Source: Crocinitomicaceae bacterium | GTDB taxonomy: Bacteria; Bacteroidota; Bacteroidia; Flavobacteriales_D; Sanyastnellaceae | DNA: 64,000 nucleotides | Direction: 5' to 3' | Assembly (NCBI GenBank): GCA_042089915.1 | Contig: JBELJZ010000002.1 | Coordinates: 13,883 to 77,882 of the forward strand | Shown here: positions 9,448 through 18,190 of the stretch, in pieces | Layout: each line of letters opens with the position of its first letter | Position numbering within the stretch: position 1 is the stretch's first letter | Notes under the pieces: model-generated | Told to the model about the DNA's origin: nothing | What the model saw: only the letters and a program-made list of their open reading frames with translations | Database searches by the model: none | Made by a program: the position numbers and the translations under genes

Positions 9448-9451
9448 CGCC

Positions 9452-10426
9452 ATGGCCGACCTCGCCACCATCCGCCGACCCGTTGACGCCGAAATGAAGG
9501 CGTTCCAAGGCCACTTCAAGGCGGCGATGAAGACGTCCGTCCCTCTGTTGGACCACATCACCCGCTACATCGTGCGCAGTCGCGGCAAGCAGATGCGGCC
9601 CCTGCTGGTCTACCTCTCGGCTGCAGCCAACGGAGAAACGCAGGACCGGACGCACGTTGCGGCCACCCTGATTGAGCTGCTTCACACGGCCACCCTCGTG
9701 CACGACGACGTGGTCGATGCAGCCGAAACGCGGCGAGGCTTCTTTTCGATTCAGGCCCTTTGGAAGTCCAAGATCGCCGTCCTTGTGGGCGACTACCTGC
9801 TCAGCCGGGGCTTGCTGATTTCGATGGAACGCGACGCCGTGGACCTGCTCCGCATCACCTCCAAAGCGGTGGAAGCCATGAGCGAAGGGGAGTTGCTCCA
9901 GATCGAAAAGGCCCGGCGCCTCGACATCACTGAGACGGTCTATTACGACATCATCCGACGCAAAACCGCTTCACTAATCGCGGCCTGCTGCGCGGCCGGT
10001 GCAGCCAGTGCCGAAGCGGATGAAGAAGGCGTCCAGCGCATGCATGCCTTTGGAGAGGCCATGGGCATCGCCTTCCAAATCAAGGACGATCTCCTCGATT
10101 TCGCCCCCACCAGCGCCACAGGCAAGCCCAAAGGTGGCGACCTGAAGGAGCGCAAGATGACGCTGCCGCTCATCCACGACCTCCAGTCCAAGTCCAAGGC
10201 GGATCGGCGGCGCACCATCCGTGCCATCAAGCGAAGCGCCAAGGACCCGAGCACGGCAGCCCGTCTCATGAAGGACATCCAGAACGGACCGGGCATCGCG
10301 TATGCCGAAGCCGCCATGCGCCGCCACCGGGACGAGGCGGTGGCCCTGTTGGACGCCCTGCCGGACACCCCAGCCCGTCAATCCCTCATCGACTTGGTCG
10401 ACTTCACCATTTCCCGCAAAAAATGA
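9452..10426 (+). CDS. Polyprenyl diphosphate synthase (IspB/octaprenyl-type)
   Basis: 324 aa. Two Asp-rich motifs, LVHDDVVD and QIKDDLLD. Confidence 0.9.
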   Translation: MADLATIRRPVDAEMKAFQGHFKAAMKTSVPLLDHITRYIVRSRGKQMRPLLVYLSAAANGETQDRTHVAATLIELLHTATLVHDDVVDAAETRRGFFSIQALWKSKIAVLVGDYLLSRGLLISMERDAVDLLRITSKAVEAMSEGELLQIEKARRLDITETVYYDIIRRKTASLIAACCAAGAASAEADEEGVQRMHAFGEAMGIAFQIKDDLLDFAPTSATGKPKGGDLKERKMTLPLIHDLQSKSKADRRRTIRAIKRSAKDPSTAARLMKDIQNGPGIAYAEAAMRRHRDEAVALLDALPDTPARQSLIDLVDFTISRKK

Positions 10427-10845
10427 GGCCCCTTTCCCTGCTCACCCTCGCCGTACTGCTCGCCGCTTGTGGGGGTCCTGTCCGCGAGGAAACGGTCATC
10501 GAAACCTGGCCGAGCGGCGACCCAAAAGAGGTGCGCGTGACCGAGGAAGGCGTAGCCGGGGTAGACGTCCAACAATTCCATGAAAACGGCCGTATCCACG
10601 TTCGCGGTCAGCTCATCGAAGACGTGCGCGAAGGCACTTGGAACACCTACCGAGAAAACGGCAACCCTTGGAGTCAGGTGGACTACCAACACGGTGTCAA
10701 AGAAGGCTGGTTCCGCACCTGGCACCCCAATGGGCTGCCCCACATCGAGGGCCAGCACAGTGCCGGTCAGCCTGCCGGAGAATGGACCTTTTTCAGCACG
10801 CAAGGCCAAGTCGTCGAAGTCCGCGACATGTCCCCGACGAATTGA
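10423..10845 (+). CDS. MORN-variant repeat lipoprotein (YwqK-like)
   Basis: 140 aa. Lipobox signal LLAACGG. Repeats of the G.W..Y..NG type (EGTWNTYRENGNPW, EGWFRTWHPNGLP, AGEWTFFSTQG). ATGA overlap with the upstream gene. Confidence 0.65.
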   Translation: MRPLSLLTLAVLLAACGGPVREETVIETWPSGDPKEVRVTEEGVAGVDVQQFHENGRIHVRGQLIEDVREGTWNTYRENGNPWSQVDYQHGVKEGWFRTWHPNGLPHIEGQHSAGQPAGEWTFFSTQGQVVEVRDMSPTN

Positions 10846-10915
10846 ACCAGGGGTTGTGGGTGAATGCCCGTGACCGCGTGTACTGACACATTGGCTGGCT
10901 GCGTTCTTTGAAGGC

Positions 10916-11950
10916 ATGTCCTCTACTTGGCGTCCCCTTGCGACCGGCTTGCTCTTGGCCCTTTGGATTCCAATGTCCACCCCGGCATATGCCGGCGCTG
11001 AAGACCAGCGCACCTACATCCAGCAATGGAAAGACGAGGCGATTCGCCAGATGTTTGAGCACCGGATCCCCGCGAGCATCACGCTGGCGCAGGGCATCCT
11101 CGAAAGCGGTTCCGGAAAAAGCGAGTTGAGCCGCAAGTCCAACAACCACTTCGGCATCAAATGTCACAAAGACTGGCAAGGCGGCCGGACGTACCACGAC
11201 GACGACGCCAAGGACGAGTGCTTCCGGGTCTATGACGACCCCCGCGACAGCTACCGTGACCACAGCCTGTTTCTGAAGAAGAAGCGGTACGCGCCGCTGT
11301 TCGAACTCGACATCCAGAACTACAAGGGCTGGGCTCGGGGACTCAAGAAGTGTGGGTATGCAACGAGTCCGACGTACGCCAAAGCCCTGATTGAATTGAT
11401 CGAACGTCACGACCTCGACCGTTACGACAATGAGGGGCTGGCTTGGATCCGCAGGGGAGACATGCCGGGCCGCGAGCCCTTGGTGGCCGAGAACAATACC
11501 GGAAAAACAAGCCAGCAGGACGATGTCCAGGCAGTCAACCTCAGTGGCAGCCGCCTGGGCGGCATCACCAAGAACGACGTCACTTGGGTTCAAGGCCAGC
11601 AGGGCGAAACCCTCGGGGACATCGCGGAGGGGTTGCAATTGGCCGTCTGGCAATTGCGCAAGTACAACGACCTCGACGGCGCCAAGCCGAGCACCCGACT
11701 CGACCGCGACCGCCGGCTGTACACCCAACCGAAACGGCGGCGGGGCACCCGGGATTGGCATGTGGTCCAATCCGGTGAGACCCTGCGCACCATCAGCGAG
11801 GCAGAAGCCGTCAAATTGAACGTCCTGATGAAACGCACGGGCAAAGCGGCGGACGAGGCCCTACCTGGTGGGTTTAAGGTGCCCTTGCGCTTCCCGCCCA
11901 AGGACGATGGCAACCTGCCCTGGTATGCCGGTCTTGGACGCGGCAGCTGA
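10916..11950 (+). CDS. Secreted peptidoglycan N-acetylglucosaminidase with two LysM domains
   Basis: 344 aa with a signal peptide. Glucosaminidase core ASITLAQGILESGSGKSELSRKSNNHFGIKC. LysM-like segments VQGQQGETLGDIAEG and HVVQSGETLRTISE. Confidence 0.85.
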   Translation: MSSTWRPLATGLLLALWIPMSTPAYAGAEDQRTYIQQWKDEAIRQMFEHRIPASITLAQGILESGSGKSELSRKSNNHFGIKCHKDWQGGRTYHDDDAKDECFRVYDDPRDSYRDHSLFLKKKRYAPLFELDIQNYKGWARGLKKCGYATSPTYAKALIELIERHDLDRYDNEGLAWIRRGDMPGREPLVAENNTGKTSQQDDVQAVNLSGSRLGGITKNDVTWVQGQQGETLGDIAEGLQLAVWQLRKYNDLDGAKPSTRLDRDRRLYTQPKRRRGTRDWHVVQSGETLRTISEAEAVKLNVLMKRTGKAADEALPGGFKVPLRFPPKDDGNLPWYAGLGRGS

Positions 11951-11963
11951 GCCTGTTCCACTT

Positions 11964-11971
11964 TACCTTGC
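11964..11971 (+). promoter_or_regulatory. Putative -7-like box TACCTTGC upstream of hmgA
   Basis: 4 nt from the ATG at 11976. Same octamer as upstream of dnaG. Confidence 0.3.
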
Positions 11972-11975
11972 ATCC

Positions 11976-13160
11976 ATGCCCTTCTATCAGACGCGCGGGC
12001 AGGTTCCGCACAAACGCCACACCCAGTTTCCGAAGGCCGACGGCACGCTCCACCACGAGCAGCTCTTCGGCACCATCGGATTCGTGGGAATGAGCTCGCT
12101 GCTGTACCACCTGTACCCCCCGACCATGGTGAAGTCGGTGTCGGAACCGGTGGATGCCCGTCCGGTAGAAGGCGTCAAGGACAACCTCAAGTCCCGCAGG
12201 GTACCGGGCTTTTCCGCCCCGTCCTCGGGCCACGCACTCGCTGCCCGGGTGCCCCTGATGTTCAATGCGGATTGTACCATTTCCGTGGCCCGGCCCACTG
12301 AGGTCGACCCGGCGGACCGCTTTTACAAGAATGCCGACAGCGACGAAGTCGTCTTCATCCACGACGGAGAGGGCGTGCTCGAGACCATGTTCGGCACGCT
12401 GGCCTACCGGCCTGGTGATTACCTCGTGATACCGCGGGGCGTCATCCACCGCTGGGCGCCGGCCAAGGGCGTGGACCAACGTTGGCTGGTCGTCGAAAGC
12501 GCCCACCCGATTGTCACGCCGAAGCGCTACCGCAATCACTTCGGACAGCTGCTCGAACACAGCCCGTTCTGCGAGCGGGATTTCCGGGTGCCAGAACAAG
12601 TGCCAGCTGTGGATCGCGAGGGCGACTTTCCCATCGATGTCCGCAAAGAGGGCATGATCCACACGGCGACCTATGCCCGCCACCCCTTCGATGTGGTCGG
12701 CTGGGACGGATACCATTTCCCCTACGCCTTCTCCATCCACGATTTCGAGCCGATCACCGGCCGGGTCCACCAACCCCCTCCGGTCCACCAGACCTTCGAA
12801 ACCGACGCCTTCGTCATCTGCAGCTTCTGCCCGCGGCTGTATGATTACCACCCCAAGTCCGTTCCCGCCCCTTACAACCACAGCAACATCGATTCCGATG
12901 AGGTGCTGTATTACGTGGAGGGCAACTTCATGAGCCGCAAAGGCATCTCGCGTGGTGACCTCACCCTGCATCCCGGTGGCATTCCCCACGGCCCCCACCC
13001 CGGCACCTATGAGGGCTCCATCGGCAAGACCGGCACGGCCGAACTCGCCGTCATGGTGGACACCTTCCGGCCGCTCCGCCTGACCCAACACGCCCTCGAC
13101 ATCGAGGACGATGGCTACCATACGAGCTGGCTGGGCTATACCCCCAAGACCCTCGACTGA
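11976..13160 (+). CDS. hmgA: Homogentisate 1,2-dioxygenase
   Basis: Start re-called to the ATG at 11976 (MPFYQTRGQVPHKRHTQF). 394 aa. Cupin core with FETDAFVICSFCPR and HPGGIPHGPHPG. Confidence 0.9.
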   Translation: MPFYQTRGQVPHKRHTQFPKADGTLHHEQLFGTIGFVGMSSLLYHLYPPTMVKSVSEPVDARPVEGVKDNLKSRRVPGFSAPSSGHALAARVPLMFNADCTISVARPTEVDPADRFYKNADSDEVVFIHDGEGVLETMFGTLAYRPGDYLVIPRGVIHRWAPAKGVDQRWLVVESAHPIVTPKRYRNHFGQLLEHSPFCERDFRVPEQVPAVDREGDFPIDVRKEGMIHTATYARHPFDVVGWDGYHFPYAFSIHDFEPITGRVHQPPPVHQTFETDAFVICSFCPRLYDYHPKSVPAPYNHSNIDSDEVLYYVEGNFMSRKGISRGDLTLHPGGIPHGPHPGTYEGSIGKTGTAELAVMVDTFRPLRLTQHALDIEDDGYHTSWLGYTPKTLD

Positions 13161-13174
13161 ATCCCGCAAAGACC

Positions 13175-14308
13175 ATGGAACAGCAGACTCCCCAACCCGA
13201 CATCGTCGTCCCCGAAGCAGAGGACTTCCTGCCCTTGCTCGGCACCGACCACGTGGAGCTCATCGTCGGCAACGCCAAGCAAAGCGCGTACTACTACATG
13301 AATGCCTGGGGATTCCAGCCGCTCGCATTCAAGGGTCTGGAGACCGGGTCCGAAGACCGCGTCAGCTACGTGCTTCGCCAGGACAAGATCACGCTGGTCC
13401 TGACCACCCCGCTCGTGGCGGACGGCCCGCTGAATGACCACTTGAACCGACACGGCGACGGCGTCAAGGCCGTGGCCCTCTGGGTGGACGACGCGGAGAA
13501 GAGCTGGAAGGAGACCACATCGCGGGGTGCCGTGAGTGCTTTTGCGCCAGAAACCCGTGAGGACAGCGACGGCAATGTGGTGCTCAGCGGCATCGAGACC
13601 TATGGCGACACCACCCACGTCTTCGTGGAGCGCAAGGCCTACAACGGGGTGTTCCTGCCGGGCTACCAGGCGTGGAACCCCAAGGGTGGACGCCCGGCAG
13701 TCGGCCTCAAATACATCGACCACATGGTCGGCAACGTCGGATGGGGCGAGATGAACACCTGGTGCGAGTTCTACGCCAAGGTGATGGGCTTTGCCCAGCT
13801 GGTCTCCTTTGACGACAAGGACATTTCCACCGAATACACCGCCTTGATGTCCAAGGTGATGAGCAACGGAAATGGGCGCATCAAATTCCCCATCAACGAG
13901 CCCGCTGAAGGCCGCAAGAAGAGCCAGATCGAAGAGTACATCGACTTCTATCAAGGCGCTGGTGTCCAGCACATCGCCGTGGCCACAGACAACATCATCG
14001 AGACGGTGACGGAATTGCAGGCGCGCGGCATTGAATTCCTGAAAGTCCCGAACACCTACTACGACACCGTGCTCGACCGGGTGGGACAAATCGATGAGGA
14101 CCTCCAGCCCTTGAAAGAGTTGGGCATCCTGATCGACCGGGACGACGAAGGCTACTTGCTGCAAATCTTCACGAAGCCGGTCGTGGACCGGCCGACGATG
14201 TTCTTCGAGATCATCCAGCGCAAGGGCGCCCAGAGCTTCGGCAAGGGCAACTTCAAGGCGCTCTTTGAATCCATCGAACGCGAGCAGGCCCTGCGTGGCA
14301 CCCTCTGA
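13175..14308 (+). CDS. hppD: 4-hydroxyphenylpyruvate dioxygenase
   Basis: 377 aa. Two VOC modules, GVQHIAVATDNI and FFEIIQRKGAQSFGKGNFKALFESIEREQ. Confidence 0.95.
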   Translation: MEQQTPQPDIVVPEAEDFLPLLGTDHVELIVGNAKQSAYYYMNAWGFQPLAFKGLETGSEDRVSYVLRQDKITLVLTTPLVADGPLNDHLNRHGDGVKAVALWVDDAEKSWKETTSRGAVSAFAPETREDSDGNVVLSGIETYGDTTHVFVERKAYNGVFLPGYQAWNPKGGRPAVGLKYIDHMVGNVGWGEMNTWCEFYAKVMGFAQLVSFDDKDISTEYTALMSKVMSNGNGRIKFPINEPAEGRKKSQIEEYIDFYQGAGVQHIAVATDNIIETVTELQARGIEFLKVPNTYYDTVLDRVGQIDEDLQPLKELGILIDRDDEGYLLQIFTKPVVDRPTMFFEIIQRKGAQSFGKGNFKALFESIEREQALRGTL

Positions 14309-15938
14309 TTCCGCCCTCTGTTGGGAAGGCCTGAGCCTCGACATCGCGGGGCGGTCCATCCTGCGCGACATCCAGCTGTCCGTGGCGCCGGGAGAGACCC
14401 TGGCCCTGGTTGGAGAAAGTGGCTCTGGAAAAACGCTGTGCTGCATGGCCGCACTGGGCTTGTTGCCCGACGCGGCCTCGCTGACTTCCGGACGCATCCT
14501 CGGTTTGGGCCAATGCTGGGCGAGTTCCGATCCCGAGGCGGCCTTGACCGCCATCCCGCGCGGCGACCGGATCACCATGGTGTTCCAGGAGCCCATGACC
14601 AGCCTGAACCCCACGATGCGTTGCGGAAACCAACTGGTGGAGGTGATCCAACGCCACCGTCTTCTCGACCGCGACCAAGCCACGGCGCGCGCTGAATCGC
14701 TACTCGAGGAGGTACAGATGCCCGATGTGGGGCGGGCATTCTCCGCATACCCGCATGGCCTTTCCGGCGGACAGAAACAGCGGGTCCTCATCGCCATGGC
14801 GCTCGCCAATGACCCAGACATCCTGCTGGCCGACGAACCCACGACAGCATTGGACAGCACGCTTCGGGCAGAACTGCTGGACCTCTTGGGCACCCTACAG
14901 CGCCAACGCGGACTCGCCATGGTGCTGGTGTCCCACGACATGGACGTGGTCGAACGCCATGCCAATCGAGTGGCCGTGTTGTACCGGGGTGACGTCGTTG
15001 AGCAAGGCCAGACCCGCGACATTCTCGACGCTCCGCAACACCCCTACACCCGCGGGCTGCTGGCCTGTCGGGTGCCACAATCCGGGCGCCCCACGCCCCT
15101 GCCCGTGCTCTCCGATTTCCTGGACGGCCAAGCTGGCGCAGCCACTTCGAACGAACTGCATCCCCCGGGGAAGGATGCCCCCATTCTGCTCCAAGTCCAA
15201 GGGGCCACCAAAACCTATCCCGGAGCCAGCGCCCCTGCGTTGAATGGGGTCTCTTTCCAGCTTCCCGAGGGTGGAAGCCTCGGCATCGTCGGAGGCAGCG
15301 GATGCGGCAAAACCACGTTGGCCCGCGCCATACTCGGCTTGCACAGCCTCGACGCGGGGACCATCCACTTGGCTGGACAACCCGTTCACGACCGGACCCC
15401 GAGCCAATTGGCGCACATCCAGCGCCATGTCGGGCTGGTCTTCCAAGATCCCCGCGCCGCGTTGAATCCCGCTCTGAAAGTCGGCCGCGTTCTCTCCGAG
15501 GTCCTCGTTCGGTGGGGCACACCGAAGGCCGATGTCCGAAAGCGGGCCGCGGAGCTGCTGAAGTCCGTTGGCCTGCCAGAAACGGCATTGGACAAGCGGC
15601 CAGATGCCTTCTCCGGCGGACAGCGCCAGCGCATCGTGATCGCCCGGGCCCTGGCTGCCGACCCCAAGATTCTCCTGTGCGACGAGGCCGTCGCTGCCCT
15701 CGATGCGAGCGTCCAGGCGCAGGTCTTGAACCTGCTCGTCGAGTTGCAAGCTTCGCGCGGGCTCTCCTTGCTCTTCATCAGCCACGACCTCGGTGTGGTC
15801 CGGTACCTCTGCGACCGCACGGTGGTGATGGACGCGGGACAGGTGATCGAAGAGGGAAATTCCGATGCCATTTGGTCCACACCCAAGCACCCCGTAACCC
15901 GCAGACTTCAGGCCGCCGGAGGGGGGTCGATTGCCTAA
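14265..15938 (+). CDS. ABC transporter ATP-binding protein with two fused ATPase domains (Dpp/Opp D-F type)
   Basis: Walker A GESGSGKT and GGSGCGKTT, signatures LSGGQKQR and FSGGQRQR, Walker B ILLADEPTTALD and ILLCDEAVAALD. The only in-frame start candidate is the TTG at 14265, which overlaps hppD by 44 nt, so the start is uncertain. Confidence 0.8.
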   Translation: MNPSNASRPCVAPSDSALCWEGLSLDIAGRSILRDIQLSVAPGETLALVGESGSGKTLCCMAALGLLPDAASLTSGRILGLGQCWASSDPEAALTAIPRGDRITMVFQEPMTSLNPTMRCGNQLVEVIQRHRLLDRDQATARAESLLEEVQMPDVGRAFSAYPHGLSGGQKQRVLIAMALANDPDILLADEPTTALDSTLRAELLDLLGTLQRQRGLAMVLVSHDMDVVERHANRVAVLYRGDVVEQGQTRDILDAPQHPYTRGLLACRVPQSGRPTPLPVLSDFLDGQAGAATSNELHPPGKDAPILLQVQGATKTYPGASAPALNGVSFQLPEGGSLGIVGGSGCGKTTLARAILGLHSLDAGTIHLAGQPVHDRTPSQLAHIQRHVGLVFQDPRAALNPALKVGRVLSEVLVRWGTPKADVRKRAAELLKSVGLPETALDKRPDAFSGGQRQRIVIARALAADPKILLCDEAVAALDASVQAQVLNLLVELQASRGLSLLFISHDLGVVRYLCDRTVVMDAGQVIEEGNSDAIWSTPKHPVTRRLQAAGGGSIA

Positions 15939-15948
15939 TTTCGAAGTC

Positions 15949-16728
15949 ATGTCCGAGACCGCCCTCGTCCTCGAGTCCATCCACGGCAGCACCGCTGTCT
16001 GGACCCTCAACCGACCGCAACAACTCAACGCGCTGAACGCCGACCTCATCGCCGAACTCGGCCAGATGGTCGATGCGGTCCAACAGCGCGACGACATCCG
16101 GTGTGTGGTGCTCACCGGCTCAGGTGAAAAGGCGTTCGTTGCCGGCGCGGACATCAAGGAATTCGCCGACTACGATGGGGCGCAAGGCCGGGCTTTGGCC
16201 GAACGTGGACAGCGCACCCTGTTCGACGCCATCGCCCTGTCCAACACACCGTTCATCGCCGCCATCGGTGGATTCGCCTTGGGCGGGGGCTTGGAATTGG
16301 CCTTGTCCTGCCACGTGCGGATCGCCTCGGGCAACGCCCGCATGGGCCTGCCGGAGGTGACCCTCGGCCTCATTCCCGGATACGGAGGAACCCAGCGACT
16401 GGCCCGCATCATCGGGACCGGACGGGCCATGGAGATGATTCTCTCCGCCCGCATGGTCAAGGCGGAAGAAGCCCTCTCCAGCGGCCTGGTGAGCCAGGTG
16501 GTCGAGCGCGATGCCTTGCTGGAATCCGCCCTCAGCATGGGCGCCGCATTGTCCGCCAACAGCCCCAACGCCCTCGCCGCCGCCATCCGCTGTGTGCAGG
16601 CGAGCGGGTCTGCGGAAGGGTTCGAAGTGGAGATTGACCAATTCGGCCGATGCTTCGAACACGCCGACTTCAAGGAGGGCGTCGATGCTTTCCTGAACAA
16701 GCGCAAACCCGATTTTGGTCGAGGATGA
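15949..16728 (+). CDS. Enoyl-CoA hydratase/isomerase family protein
   Basis: ATG at 15949 ([10 protein letters not shown]). Crotonase motifs [10 protein letters not shown] and [16 protein letters not shown]. Confidence 0.9.
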   Translation: MSETALVLESIHGSTAVWTLNRPQQLNALNADLIAELGQMVDAVQQRDDIRCVVLTGSGEKAFVAGADIKEFADYDGAQGRALAERGQRTLFDAIALSNTPFIAAIGGFALGGGLELALSCHVRIASGNARMGLPEVTLGLIPGYGGTQRLARIIGTGRAMEMILSARMVKAEEALSSGLVSQVVERDALLESALSMGAALSANSPNALAAAIRCVQASGSAEGFEVEIDQFGRCFEHADFKEGVDAFLNKRKPDFGRG

Positions 16729-17192
16729 ACGACATCGCCGCTCCCACCATCCAAGTCCGCGTGGCCAACACCGGTTCGGACGCCTTGCCCGCCTACGCCA
16801 CCCCGCAAAGCGCCGGGCTCGACCTGCGTGCCCGCCTCGACGGCTCCGTTGTCCTCCAACCCGGAGAGCGCCGGCTGGTGCCCACCGGACTGCACATTGA
16901 ATTGCCGGACGGCTTCGAAGCCCAAGTCCGTCCGCGAAGCGGTCTGGCCTACACGCACGGCATCACGGTTCTGAACAGCCCCGGCACCATCGACGCGGAC
17001 TACCGAGGCGAAATCGGCGTTCTCTTGATCCACCACGGACAGGAACCCTTCACCCTCGAGCCTGGAGAGCGCATCGCCCAATTGGTGGTCGCCGCCTACG
17101 CCCGGGTCGAATGGTCCTCCGTCGAACAACCCGAAGACCTGGCCATCACCGACCGCGGTGCTGGTGGGTTCGGACACACCGGTACTGCATGA
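16725..17192 (+). CDS. dut: dUTP diphosphatase
   Basis: ATG at 16725 overlaps the upstream stop (ATGA). 155 aa. [24 protein letters not shown] and [10 protein letters not shown] motifs. Confidence 0.95.
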   Translation: MNDIAAPTIQVRVANTGSDALPAYATPQSAGLDLRARLDGSVVLQPGERRLVPTGLHIELPDGFEAQVRPRSGLAYTHGITVLNSPGTIDADYRGEIGVLLIHHGQEPFTLEPGERIAQLVVAAYARVEWSSVEQPEDLAITDRGAGGFGHTGTA

Positions 17193-18190
17193 ACCTCATC
17201 ATCCCCATGGCCGGCAGAGGCAGCCGCCTCCGCCCGCACACGCTCACCGTCCCGAAACCACTGGTCCCCGTGGCAGGAAAGCCCATTGTGCAGCACCTCG
17301 TCGAAGACCTGGCCGCCATGAGCCCGCGTCCCTTCGACAACATCGCCTTCATCATCGGGGATTTTGGCGCCCAAGTCGAAGCAGAACTGCTCGACTTGGC
17401 CAAGCGGCTCGGCGCCCAAGGCCACATCCGACATCAGGAACAACCCTTGGGAACGGCCCACGCCGTGTGGTGTGCCGAGGACCTCTTGGAAGGAGAAGCG
17501 GTGATCGCCTTTGCGGACACCCTCTTCCGGGCGGACTTCCACCTCGATGCGGCCGCGGACGGCCACATTTTCGTGAAGCGCATTGAAGACCCCCGCCAGT
17601 TCGGGGTGGTCGTGCTGGGCGACGACGGCGCCATCGACACGTATGCCGAAAAGCCTGAGGAGCCGGTGTCCGACCTCGCCATGATTGGCATCTACCACTT
17701 CAGCGATGCGGCCGACCTGCGGCGCGAAATCGGGAAGCTCATCGAGGGCGATGTTCGTCATGGTGGCGAATTCCAATTGCCCGACGCCTTCCGCGCCCTC
17801 ACCGAACAAGGCGCGCGCTTCCGGCCCGGTGAAGTCTCCGCCTGGATGGACTGCGGCAACCGCAAAGTGACCGTGGAGACCAACGGCCGCATGCTCGAGT
17901 TCATGGGCGACCGCGCCCAGATTCACGCGGGTGTCACCGTGGAAGACAGTGTGGTCATTCCTCCTTGTGAAATCCTGCCCGGCGCCATTCTCCGGCAATC
18001 CGTGGTCGGACCCCGGGTCACCATCGGTCCAGGCACCACCATCGAACGGAGCGTGCTACGCGACTGCCTCATCGGGGCCCACAGCCACGTAGACGGTGCC
18101 CACCTCGAAGGCGCCATGATCGGCCAGCATGCCAAAGTCGTCGACGCCCCCCAAGACCTCAGCATCGGAGACTACTGCGAAATCCAGTGA
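17189..18190 (+). CDS. Sugar-phosphate nucleotidyltransferase with C-terminal left-handed beta-helix
   Basis: ATG at 17189 ([34 protein letters not shown]) overlaps the dut stop as ATGA. Hexapeptide-like C-terminus. Confidence 0.8.
   Translation: MNLIIPMAGRGSRLRPHTLTVPKPLVPVAGKPIVQHLVEDLAAMSPRPFDNIAFIIGDFGAQVEAELLDLAKRLGAQGHIRHQEQPLGTAHAVWCAEDLLEGEAVIAFADTLFRADFHLDAAADGHIFVKRIEDPRQFGVVVLGDDGAIDTYAEKPEEPVSDLAMIGIYHFSDAADLRREIGKLIEGDVRHGGEFQLPDAFRALTEQGARFRPGEVSAWMDCGNRKVTVETNGRMLEFMGDRAQIHAGVTVEDSVVIPPCEILPGAILRQSVVGPRVTIGPGTTIERSVLRDCLIGAHSHVDGAHLEGAMIGQHAKVVDAPQDLSIGDYCEIQ

Noticed and set aside
9389-9703. Upstream extensions of real genes in the track: yicC to 9703, nadD to 7911, hmgA from 11868, dut from 16650, the nucleotidyltransferase from 17111, pepP from 30541, DUF3108 from 32967, lysS to 38440, PGI from 38115, the serine hydrolase from 39775, LytTR from 40919, rsmI to 50883, PorP to 52879 and the adhesin to 57960.
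   Set aside because: In each case an internal ATG gives the canonical family N-terminus or a signal peptide and removes an overlap with the neighbouring gene. The extensions are Arg/Pro/Gly-rich and overlap adjacent coding regions or promoters.
11874-15022. Long minus-strand ORFs (431 aa at 11874..13169 and 628 aa at 13136..15022) covering hmgA, hppD and the ABC gene.
   Set aside because: They are fully antisense to genes with strong family signatures. Their translations are Arg/Gly/Ala/Pro/Val-rich with no recognisable motifs. These are typical high-GC shadow ORFs.
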